Shown: positions 40,263-51,050 of the stretch, one piece after another
Numbering within the stretch: the stretch's first letter is position 1
How the letters are laid out: every line of letters starts with the position of its first letter
Source: Nemertoderma westbladi
Taxonomy: Eukaryota; Animalia; Xenacoelomorpha
Direction of reading: 5' to 3'
Assembly: GCA_032718475.1 (NCBI GenBank)
Contig: JAUCBJ010000144.1
Location: 1-64,000, forward strand
DNA length: 64,000 bases
Made by a program: the position numbers and the translations under genes
The notes under the pieces: model-generated
What the model saw: the letters and a program-made list of their open reading frames with translations, nothing else
Told to the model about the DNA's origin: nothing
Database searches by the model: none

Positions 40263-42676
40263 CAGTCAGGGAGATCATCAATTTTGGGGTTACCCCAAAT
40301 TTCGAATTCTGGTAATAGGCTGTCGAAAATTGGGGTTTTTTGTTCAAATTTGAGGTATTTTTAGGCTCATAATAACGAGTGTTGCTGCGACTTAGGGAAA
40401 CTGTTGGAGCAACTTTTACTTTTAATATGTTAAAATATATTGTAAAATAAGAACTTTCATCGATGCAATAAAATATTTCACCGATGCAAACATGCTTTTA
40501 TTGGGGGGCGAAAATTGAAATTTGAGGTTAAACCTCAAATTTGAGATAAAACCTCAAATTTCGCCAGTCTTTACAACATCACCAGCCTGCCAGCAGTAGG
40601 GTGTAGCAGTAGGCTTTGCTGCTTAGTGCTTATAGAGCTTGGTGATAATGGGTGACCAGTGTAACCAGTGACCAATGTGACATGACATGTTTAAAACTTT
40701 AATGATTGTTAACTCCTTTAGTGATTGGTGAGAAAAATGCAGAAGACTAGAGAAATTCGCTATACTATTCGCCTTACTGCCTTACTGTTGGTAAGAAGAA
40801 CAGTAGACCAAAGCCTCACTGTTGGGAGATTCAAGCTCACACAGCTGCACAGTCACAGACTCAGGAAGGCCTACTATATCTTGTAGATGTCAGGATGTTG
40901 AATCAATTCCAGAATTTGGAAGTTTACATATTCTGGCATTCATCTGTTCTGTTCATCATTCACATCACACATCTTCGGAAAAAAATATGTTTTCTGGTTG
41001 TTGATGTCCTCTTTAAAACTTTGTGTACATCAAATGAAGCCATTCCTCTCCTGACAGCCTGAAGACTTATGTAATATTCGCCTGCCCTAGCTCTATCTGT
41101 CAATTGGAATACTGTACCATCATTCTTCCACAGTTTGGAGCCCATTTCTAGAGAAATGTTGCCGCAAAGGTTGACGTGGTTTATACAATATATGTGGACT
41201 TGATTATTTTGTTAGTTATTCTATACGACTGGAGACTCTAAAGGCCATGCCCCGCCCATCTGCCCATGCTCCCATGTCTGCATGTCCCATACATCACCTC
41301 TTCTTATCCAGTTATCAGGGCCATTAACATATGGAACATGCTGGACCTGGAACACAGTAGAAACATCATCATCACTAATCGCTATTCTTTTAAACAGTCT
41401 TTAGACTCTGCTTTCTTATCAAGACATCTGAAATGTTTTAGAAATCTAAATGACTGTTTGTTTATACTATACATACATACATCCTTTTAAATTGACCTTA
41501 TGAGGAACCAGAATCATTTATAACTTGGGCAAAAAGTATAACCTTTTTCACTAACCTATTCTCGAGGCTTTATCTCATCTCTGGCTGGAGTACACCTTGC
41601 ACTCTTGCAGGCATTAAATTTGCATTGCAATAGTGTGTAGGGATGGATTTTGCTCAACTTTCGATCAAAAATTTGATCAACACATTCAATGAAATTTTAG
41701 AAATTCCTCCAAAAATATTTTGGCACTTTGTCAAATCAAATAGGTGACCCTCCTAATCTGCTAATCCTGAAATCACCAGCTAATCCTGAAATTTAGTGCA
41801 GGTGATATCAATATTCCTAACTCTTGTTTATTGTTTTTTGGTTACTTTCAACTCACTTCTGTAACCTGCTCCTTTGCTAACCCTGTAACCGGGCACTAGT
41901 GAAAGTGACTTTAGTTTAGGTGATTTCAGGATTAGCAGATTAGGAGCTAGGAGGGTCCCCTATTTGACACAAATGCCAATGTTTTATTTTACTTTTTTTA
42001 CCGGGAGAAAAAGTGAAATCAATGCAAAATTATGGCTCTATGGTACATTATTATGTGGCAATATTATTCAATATTATTGCAGGTTGCTGTGTTGCCGACT
42101 TTGCAAAAGCTGTGCCCAACAAAAAGTTACAATATTCAGATATTATGGGGACAACTTTTTCCCTACCAGTAGGAAAAAAAAGTAGGCCTACTACTTTTTC
42201 TCCCGATTTTATGGCATATTCAAGCAAAAAAGTAACAATATAAAAATATAAGTTCTTTAAGCTCTGTACTTCGTTTTATATGTCTACCATCTGATCATAC
42301 CACCCCACTGCACCCCTACCGCCCTGCCAGTAGCCTTTTTAAGTATAAGCCTTTTTAAACTAATACTGTATATGTTTTAAATATTATATTTCACAACACT
42401 CAGACACTAGGCCTACATCAGTTTATTTTTTTACCTTTGCAATACAGTAACAAGCTAACAACTGAACAACTACTGAACAAGGCCAACTATGACTTCTGGC
42501 CAATTATGACTATTCTGTCTGTATCTGACTGACTATGCTGCTATGAAATTCAAATTTGGGGTAAAACTCCAATTTAGAGAATTAACCTAACCTTGTATTA
42601 AATTTGAGGTAATTCCAAAATTGGGTCTATAATTTGAAATTTGAGGTATTCTCAAATTTGATGATCTCCCTGACTG
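40263..42676. mobile_element. Non-autonomous DNA transposon B nested in A, CAGT...ACTG ends, 5-bp TSD ACTGT
   Basis: TIR CAGTCAGGGAGATCATCAA; ACTGT at 40258-40262 and 42677-42681; subterminal AATTTGRGGT repeats. Confidence 0.85.
41736..41967. mobile_element. Small MITE nested in B
   Basis: Inverted ends TCAAATAGGTGACCCTCCTAATCTGCTAATCCTGAAATCACC and its near-reverse complement; TSD not resolved. Confidence 0.65.
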
Positions 42677-43932
42677 ACTGTGTAATGCTGATACAATTGC
42701 CCAGCAATCTAAATCATCCTTCACTCTATATATCACTGTATCAGTTCAGTATATCTCACAGTCTCAGTATCTATCTTTCCATTCCTACATCATTACATAC
42801 AGACAGACAGACATATAACAGTATAATGAAAATAATTTCATCCCGTTTTTCATTAGCAGATTAGGGCCTACTAGAAACAATTTGGTTGAATCCCTTAAAT
42901 GCCTTCAGCCTTAACACGCGTTTTGGTTTTCTCAGTCTTTCTAAATTTTAACACTTTTTCTTCTGTCACGCCGTTTCTCAAACTTTAATGCCCCCTTGCC
43001 TTCTTGCTGCCTTTTGGTGATGTTCACGTTCTGACGTTGTCAAATATTATTACGTTTATTTCCATTTCAGTCTTTTAAGCATGTGATTCTTTAGTTTTGT
43101 TTATGCCTATAATACCATATCATATACCAGTCAGCCAGTCTACCAGTACGGTATCTGTTACAGACTCATCCATCTGTCCATTAACATATTAACAACATAT
43201 CAAATACATTCTGACATTTCATCAACTAATGTTTATAAATCATCACAACTCGACAAGGGTAAGCAAGCAGTAAGCAATTTTGAAGTAATTTATAATGACA
43301 GAGTTACTGACAGGCTGACAGGGCTGCACAATAATAATTGTTGCCAAAAATGGCAACCATTATTTTTCTTTAATTCTAATGGTTGCCAAAAATGGCAATA
43401 ATTATTTTAGGCACATTTCGGCCTATTGCTAAGAGAAATTCACACGATGATTTTTTTTCTTATACGGTCAATTATATTTAAATTTCGCGCTCTTTTCACT
43501 TACCTATTTACCAAAATGCGATTTTGCTTCTGGGCGTGCGAAAATTAGAAAAACCAAAAGTTGCCAGATTTGGCAATAAACATTGCCATATGTGGCAACT
43601 TTTGAGGTTGCCAGATTTGGCCATTGTACCTAACTGACCGGTCAGCCGGCAGCCGGTAGCGCAGTCAGGCGGGGGTCCTACGAATTACCCAAAAAAACAC
43701 AATATTACCCAAAAAAAACACAAAAATACACAAAAAAATACAAAAAATTACACAAAAAAAACACAAAAATACACAAAAAAAACACAAAAAGATTTCTTAA
43801 TTAATGGAAAGGAGCAGGTTACTGCCTGACTGCAGTCAGGAACACTGCTGCACTGGTCACAATTGACAATATGTCCAATTTACAGCCAGAATGTGTCCGC
43901 GGAAAACGCTCTCAGAGTGAAATTTCTCCAGA

Positions 43933-46900
43933 CAGTAGGGAACATACCCTTAAATAAGCTCCAAAAGTGGGTTCCTATTTAAGGAAAATGGCTCTTATTT
44001 AGGGGTTTTTGGGCCTTTTTTGGATATTTTTTCGATATAATATGCAATAACTTGTTTCAGGAAAAAATACCGCATAATTTTATTTCACAATGTAAAAGTT
44101 GGGTCTTTCTTGAACATAAAGCAAAAAACCAGAAAACATTTCACCGTCCGGTTTTTTTTCTACAAGCGTTTTAAAATTGCATCAAAAATACGACTAGTTC
44201 CTAAATAAGGGGGATTTTTTAAATTTACCTTATTTAAGATATCGAAATTGTACACATAAATACTAAAAGTCCCTAAATAAGAACTTTTTGACCTGGGTTT
44301 CTTATTTAGGAATACAATTGTATTCCAAAATCTGCACATTCCTTAAATAAAATAAATATTCCTTATTCCTTACAGTATGTGTTACACTTCTTTCATAATT
44401 CTTTGATTTATGTCAGTCTGTATATTGCTAATTGTTGGGATAAGAATAAGGACAATGGTTGCACTGCACTCTATAAATCCTCTATAGAATATCGTATCAT
44501 AATGAAGTTGCTAGCACTGGCATTCTTACCTCACACGGTAGCATAGAATAGCCCATTGATATTCAAAAGAATAGCCCATCGCCCATCTGAGCGCACATAC
44601 ATTGTCACGTATTTCGATGAAACACGACTCAAGTAACTGGACATCGCCGCACAGTTTCGAAAAACTAACTTGTGTCCTGCATTTCCTCTTCTGCTCCGCG
44701 TGACGCCCCACTTAGATGGATTGTCCACAATGTCATGTCAATAGGCACAAAGATGGTTCGGTTGGGCAGCTGATAGACGTTATGAAGGTTAAAGATGATG
44801 ACTGGATGACGTTTTGGCTCAACTGGCTCAGGCAGGAGTGGGACACGTTCGTGGGACCTTTGCGCAGCATGAAGTGAGCAAAGCCTTAGCTAGCCCTAGC
44901 TGATAGGGGCCCCACCCCATTCAGCCATTAACATGTTGTCTTTCGTTAGTCAGAGGTCGTTCAACACAATACTCGTATCCTTAATTTGCCTCATAGCGTT
45001 CGTTTGTTTTTTACCAAACTTCAGATTATTTCAAATCTTTTGACAGACTACATACATACTAAGTTTCGTTTAATTTCATTAAGGAATGACCGAGTTATTA
45101 GCGATAAAAAATTTACAACGACGACAGACAACTCGTTAATGCACCCATATGCTAAGGCTTCGCTCACTTGAACGTGGCTCTCCACCACATTCAATCCGGT
45201 TCGACGCAGTTTGTTGCTCGTTGTTGCTCATTGTTGCTCATTGCTGTTCGTTGTGCTTTATTATTTCTCATTGTTGGTCATTGTTGCTCATTGTTGGTCA
45301 TTGTTGCTCGTTGTTGGTCATTGTTGCTTGTTGGTGCTCATTGTTGCTCGTTAGTTGTACTTTATTATTGCTCGTTGTTGCTCGTTGTACTCTATCTGTC
45401 TATTATTGCTCGTTGTTGCTCATTATTGCTCATTGTTACTCGTTGTTGTACTTTATTATTGGTCGTTCAATCGTTGTTCCTCATTGTTGCTCGTTGTTTC
45501 TCGTTGTTGTACTTTATTATTGCCCATTGTTGCTCGTTGTTGCTCAATATTACTCGTTGTTGCTCGTTCAGTCATTGTTGCTCATTGTTGCTCGTTGTTG
45601 TACTTTATTATTGCTCATTGTTGCTCAATATATCTCGTTGTTGCTTAATATAACTCGTTGTTGCTCGTTCAGTCGTTTTTGCTCATTATTGCTCGTTGTT
45701 TCTCGTTGTTGCTCATTGTTGCTCGTTGTTGTTCTTTATTATTGCTCAGTGTTTCTCATTGTTGCTCGTTGTTGCTCAATGTTACTCGTTGTTATACTTT
45801 ATTATTGCTCAATGTTACTCGTTGTTACTCATTGTCATTGTTGCTCATTGTTACTCGTTCCTCATGTCCTAATTATTGGTCGCTGTTTCTCGTTGTTGTA
45901 CTTTATTATTGCTCATTGTTGCTCGTTGTTTCTCGGTTTTGTACTTTATTATTGCTCATTGTTGCTCAATATATCTCGTTGTTGTTCAATATAACTCGTT
46001 GTTGCTCGTTCAGTCGTTGTTGCTCATTATTGCTCATTGTTGCTCGTTGTTGTTCTTTATTATTGCTCATTGTTGCTCAGTGTTTCTCATTGTTGCTCGT
46101 TGTTGCTCAATGTTACTCGTTGTTATACTTTATTATTGCTCAATGTTACTCGTTGTTACTCATTGTCATTGTTGCTCATTGTTACTCGTTGTTCCTCATG
46201 TCCTCATTATTGGTCGTTGTTTCTCGTTGTTGTACTTTATTATTGCTCATTGTTGCTCGTTGTTTATCGTTGTTGTACTTTATTATTGCTCATTGTTGCT
46301 CGTTGTTTCTCGTTGTTGTACTTTATTATTGCTCGTTCAGTCTATGTTCCTCATTGTTGCTCGCTGTTTCTCGTTGTTGCTCATTGTTGCTCGTTGTTGC
46401 TCATTATTTCTCATTGTTACTCGTTGTTGCTCATTGTTGCTCGTTGTTGTACTTTATTATTGCTCGTTCAGTCGTTATTCCTCATTGTTGCTCACTGTTT
46501 CTCGTTGTTGCTCATTGTTGCTCGTTGTTGTACTTTATTATTACTCATTGTTGCTCGGTGTTTCTCAATGTTGCTCGTTGTTGCTCGTTCAGTCGTTGTT
46601 CCTTATTATTGCTCATTGTTGTTCGTTGTTTCTAGCTGTTGCTCATTGTTGCTCGTTGTTGTACTTTATTATTGCTCATTTTTGCTCGTTGTTGCTCATT
46701 GTTTCTCATTGTTGCTCAATGTTACTCGTCGTAGTCGTAGTTGCTCATTGTTACTCGTTGTTGCTCATTCAGTCGTTTTCCTCATTATTGCTCGTTGTTG
46801 TACTTTATTATTGCTCAATGTTACTCGTTGTTGCTAATTGTTGCTCGTTGTTACTCGTTGTTTTGTTACTCATTGTTCATTCGTTGCTCGTTGTTGCTTA

Positions 46901-47781
46901 TTTTTGGTCATTGTTGCTCGTTGTGCATTTTTGCACCTATCCAATTAAGCTCAGAAGCTCCCTTATCTCTGCATCTTACAATGTCCTGTCAAGGTTAGGC
47001 GGGTAGGAGGTCATAACTGTTATAAGCAGGCAGATAAGGGCAGAAGGAGGACGGGGCTGGGAGACGAGGTTATAAGAGACATAATATAAGGATATTTAAT
47101 TTAATTTATTTAATTTAATATATAAGAAATGAGGCCAGTATTGGTTGACAGAAGGAGATACGCAATGCGTATCCTATTGCGCCTCATAATAGCCTCTCGT
47201 CAACAAGTCAACCCCATAGACTAGCGGCACTGGCTGTTTCAGCTGACGGGGCTCTGTCGAAAACGCGTCCCTGATGCAGTAAGGGCCCTCTTTTGAGGAG
47301 CAATATTATTATTGTCGCGGACCGGAACTGCTTCTACTCTCTGTGAGAAATGAGAAATATTTAATTTATTTAAGGAGTATGCAGATTTTGGAATGAAATT
47401 GTATACCTAAATAAGAAACCCATGTCAAAAAGTTCTTATTTAAGGACTTTTAGTATTTGTGTACAATTTCGATGTCTTAAATAAGGTAAATTTAAAAAAT
47501 CCCTCTTATTTAGGAACTGGTCGTATTTTTGATGCAATTTTAAAACGCTTGTAGAAAAAAAACCGGACGGTGAAATGTTTTCTGGTTTTTTGCATTATGT
47601 TCAAGAAAGAACCAACTTTTATATTGTGAAATAAAATTATGCGGTATTTTTTACTGAAACAAGTTCTTGCATATTATGTCGAAAAAATATCCAAAAAATG
47701 CCCAAAAACCCCTAAATAAGAGCCATTTTCCTTAAATAAGAACCCACTTTTGGAGCTTATTTAAGGGTATGTTCCCTACTG
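43933..47781. mobile_element. Non-autonomous DNA transposon C nested in the MULE, ~420-bp TIRs, CAGT...ACTG ends, 5-bp TSD CCAGA
   Basis: TIRs about 43933-44352 and 47365-47781 starting CAGTAGGGAACATACCC; CCAGA at 43928-43932 and 47782-47786. Confidence 0.9.
45210..46925. repeat. Degenerate 10-bp minisatellite (TTGTTGCTCR)n with higher-order variants
   Basis: Direct reading. Confidence 0.93.
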
Positions 47782-49558
47782 CCAGAAAACAATGCTAAAT
47801 TTCATTTGAAAACCGGCAGTGAAATTTTAACATTGGCATTTTAAAAATTATGCCAGTAGGCCCTATGCCATTAGAATCGCCATAAAATTATGTATAAATT
47901 AATTTGAGAATTAGAATCTCATCGTTCTGTCGTTGGGATAACTATCATAATATTAAAAATAAAAATGTGCCCAGCTTCTGCTTTGAGTACTAGTGGAGTT
48001 ACAGCCTAAATATGTCCGGAAATATAATCGCAGCCTGTGAAGGACAAATAGTGGCTGTATGGACACTTTCTGGCTGTGAATATATGGAAAATTTTTGGCT
48101 GAGCTTCAGCCAGAAAGTGACCAGTGTTACTAACTGTACTGCAGTAGAAGGCTTTTCTAACCAAAACAATAAACGATAACCAAAGAACATAGGTTACACT
48201 TAGTCTTATTTTTCCAACCCTATCATGCCTATAGGATATAAATTATTTTTGTCTTTTGGGGTTTTTGGGTAATATTGCAGTATTGTGTTTTTTTGTCTTT
48301 TATTGTGTTTTTTTTGGTAAATTTTTGTGTTTTTTTGTATTTTTGTGTGTTTTTTTTGTGTATTTTTGGGTAATTTTGTGTTTTTTTGGGTAATTCGTAG
48401 GACCGGTCAGGCGGTAGGCAGGCAGGCTGGCAGGTAGGTCTGTAAGTAGTTGCCAAGTCTGATAGTGATTGTACAGTCTGACAGTCGGTGAGAAGTCAAA
48501 AATTGGACTTGAGTCCAAAATTGGACTTCGACTCCAGTTCAAGTCCAAAATTGGACTTCTGTGAGTCCAATATTGGACTTCAAATCAGCCAATTGTTCCA
48601 GGCAGGGCCTTGGGTAATTGGATCGGGCGGGATTTTTTTTCTTAAATCGAAAATATATCAAAAAATAAGAGTTTTGAACAGGGGGACCTGAAATTCACCA
48701 GGCAGCCAGGGGGAACTTTTTTTATAAGGCTTTGAATTTTTACAAAAGTCCAATATTGGACTTTAATTCCAATTTTGGACGTGACATTGAGAATCGAACT
48801 TAAAGGTACATGAAGCATGACAGATGAGAGACAGCCAGACAGCTGTTAAGTTATGGAAAGTTACCTTTGCAGCTCTGTATGTATCTGCAGTGTAATGACT
48901 GTACTGTACTTAGAATATAATGGTACATTCTAGCATTCTAGGTACTTTGTACTTTACGTTTAGCATATTGTTTAGTTTACAATTTACATTCATGTTACCG
49001 TATGTCTAACCTTACAGCCTTATGTACCCAGGACTTTATAGTGTCTTTAGGACTAGATTAGATTATGCTCCAACAAATATTTAATTACAAATTATAGTTG
49101 GTGGATACTGGTAGCAATGCCAGGTTAGCCAACTGCAGCTGCTGCTAAGGCTAACTACAGTACAAGCTACGATTTCGTCTAAGGCTATAGGAGCCCTATC
49201 AGAAAGAAATACTACAAGTTGATGCTACCACCATCTCTTCTAATTTTTCCATACAACAGGCAGACAGGGAGGGTATTTTAAAACGGCTGGATAACAGGAT
49301 AATGAAATGGGATTAGTCACTGATTAACGTGTTGGGGTCTCCACATAATAAGTACAGAAGTAACAAGTAACACACGTCATAATCATAAACCAATTGAGGG
49401 AAAGGAACAGGTTACAGAGGCAGGCTTTTCTAACTAAAACAATAAACGCCCACTTTTGACTTTACCAATTGAAGGAGCCCTATAACCTCACCACATACTA
49501 CTACTACAATCAGCATGATTCATTGCAGCTGCATTATATATATAGGCCCTATAATGTA

Positions 49559-49742
49559 TTAAGAATGCTGTGCCGGCTTGTTGACAAAAGTGCGCCTCCA
49601 CAACTCCCTTACACTCTTAATAGTCTTAAAGCCTTATCAGTATCACCCATGACATTTGCTAGATCATCCGCATCTTCAAGGCCAGTGTCCTTTAAGACAG
49701 TAAGAAAGATGCGTCTCAAGAAAGTCATGGGCTGTCCACCAT
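49559..49742 (-). mobile_element. RTE-like LINE 3' end, interrupted by the LTR element
   Basis: Homologous to 24225-24356; continues after 62816. Confidence 0.85.
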
Positions 49743-50972
49743 TGTTCGCGCTTTTGAAGACCTTTAGCAGTTTAACCTGCCAAAATTTATATGTCTTTTA
49801 GTTAATTAAAACCACTTTAGCATACGACAATAATTTATGCTAATACGCAAAACATTAGCCGAAGTCAGCCCATGCGCGATCATTCACCCGATGGATCTAC
49901 ACCCGGGAGACTGAATTCGGATGCTTGAATTGTATTATTACAGTGTAAGGTTGCAGTGTATACCTAATGTATTATTCGATAGATCGTTAATAATTAATCT
50001 CTGACAGATATTATTGGCTTTCGGGAAATATTAACAGTTCCTTTAGGACGTGGCGCTTTATCTATTTAAACAGAACTAAGACTTATACTAAAACGCAACG
50101 ATACTGCTTATGATTAAAGTATAAAGCGTATTCTTTAGGAAATACTTTGTTACCAATCACGATCATACACACTATTCTGCCGACAGTCAGTACATTTGAT
50201 CACACATAAAGAGAGCAGTAATTGACTCACGTAGGGTCTGCTAAATAACATTGGATTCAATACACACCACATTAATATAAATCGCAATTGTTATGTATAG
50301 CCGGTCTCTCTAACCTGTAGTGTTATCAAGAAAATTGGGAATTGGGTGATTTATCCGTATTATCCAAATAGCAATATTTCCATCAACAAATAGGTACAAT
50401 TAATAACTGACGGTAAAATAACAGTACAAGCAATATGATTAATGCATTTAAGATTGATTAAATTGATCGGTAGTTAGTTAGGTAACAGTTTATACTTTCG
50501 ATAATTCAAGCAGTTTACTATAGTTCTTACTAAAAGGCCGGTGTTTCTGGCTTAGACAGCAATAACAACAAAGTATCAAGAAAAAACCGTAAGACTGAAC
50601 ACTCTCCTTATGATCGACTAAAAGCTACACGTCGACAGGAAAAATCGCTCTGATTGGCTCAAGCCAAACAAAGAACCGTGCATCTAATGGCTGTTTCCAT
50701 GTCAGCAACCAGCTGTTAGATGTCGTAATATGAATCATCACGGCTAAGCTGTGAAAGGTAGTTGGTGCATTACAAGTTTTTTGCCTTACCATGTCCACCA
50801 AAACACGTATATAGCAGAATGATTTTTATGTCCGTTAAAACACCTGTAAAGGTACCTTGCGGGCGAGGGGAATATATATACAGTCCGAGAACCCTTTTAG
50901 AGTATTCCAGCGCCTGGGGGGGAACTGGCCAGCAAAGGCAAACGTATCAGTTATCCCACAAAAGCTTTTACA
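49743..50972 (-). repeat. 3' LTR (1230 bp)
   Basis: Direct repeat of 61587-62816; preceded on the minus strand by the purine-rich GGGAGCGG (PPT-like, 50973-50980). Confidence 0.96.
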
Positions 50973-51050
50973 CCGCTCCCAGAAAATGGGATTTAAGTCT
51001 ATAAAATATACAAAATCACAGTTTCTAAAATACAAAAATACTCTAAACAG

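Larger units (their letters stand above)
39776..43636. mobile_element. Non-autonomous DNA transposon A, CAGT...ACTG ends, 5-bp TSD ACCGG
   Basis: 28-bp TIR CAGTTAGGTACAATGGCCAAATCTGGCAA; subterminal TTGCCA-N-TGGCAA palindromes. Confidence 0.9.
43673..48405. mobile_element. Non-autonomous MULE/Mutator-like element, 9-bp TSD GTCAGGCGG
   Basis: Ends GGGTCCTACGAATTACCC / GGGTAATTCGTAGGACCG; same family as 63517-63965. Confidence 0.88.

Noticed and set aside
40930-41490. Short ORFs resembling LINE ORF2 C-termini (RKHIFFRRCV; RAINIWNML...FKQSL)
   Set aside because: Too short and degenerate to annotate beyond possible LINE debris.
45149-47006. Cys/Leu-rich membrane-protein-like ORFs
   Set aside because: Translations of the 10-bp minisatellite.
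48482-48790. A fourth CAGT-ended element starting CAGTCGGTG with AGTCCAAAATTGGACT palindromes
   Set aside because: No matching right TIR or TSD found; the CAGT is explained by the scar ACAGT-CTG-ACAGT.
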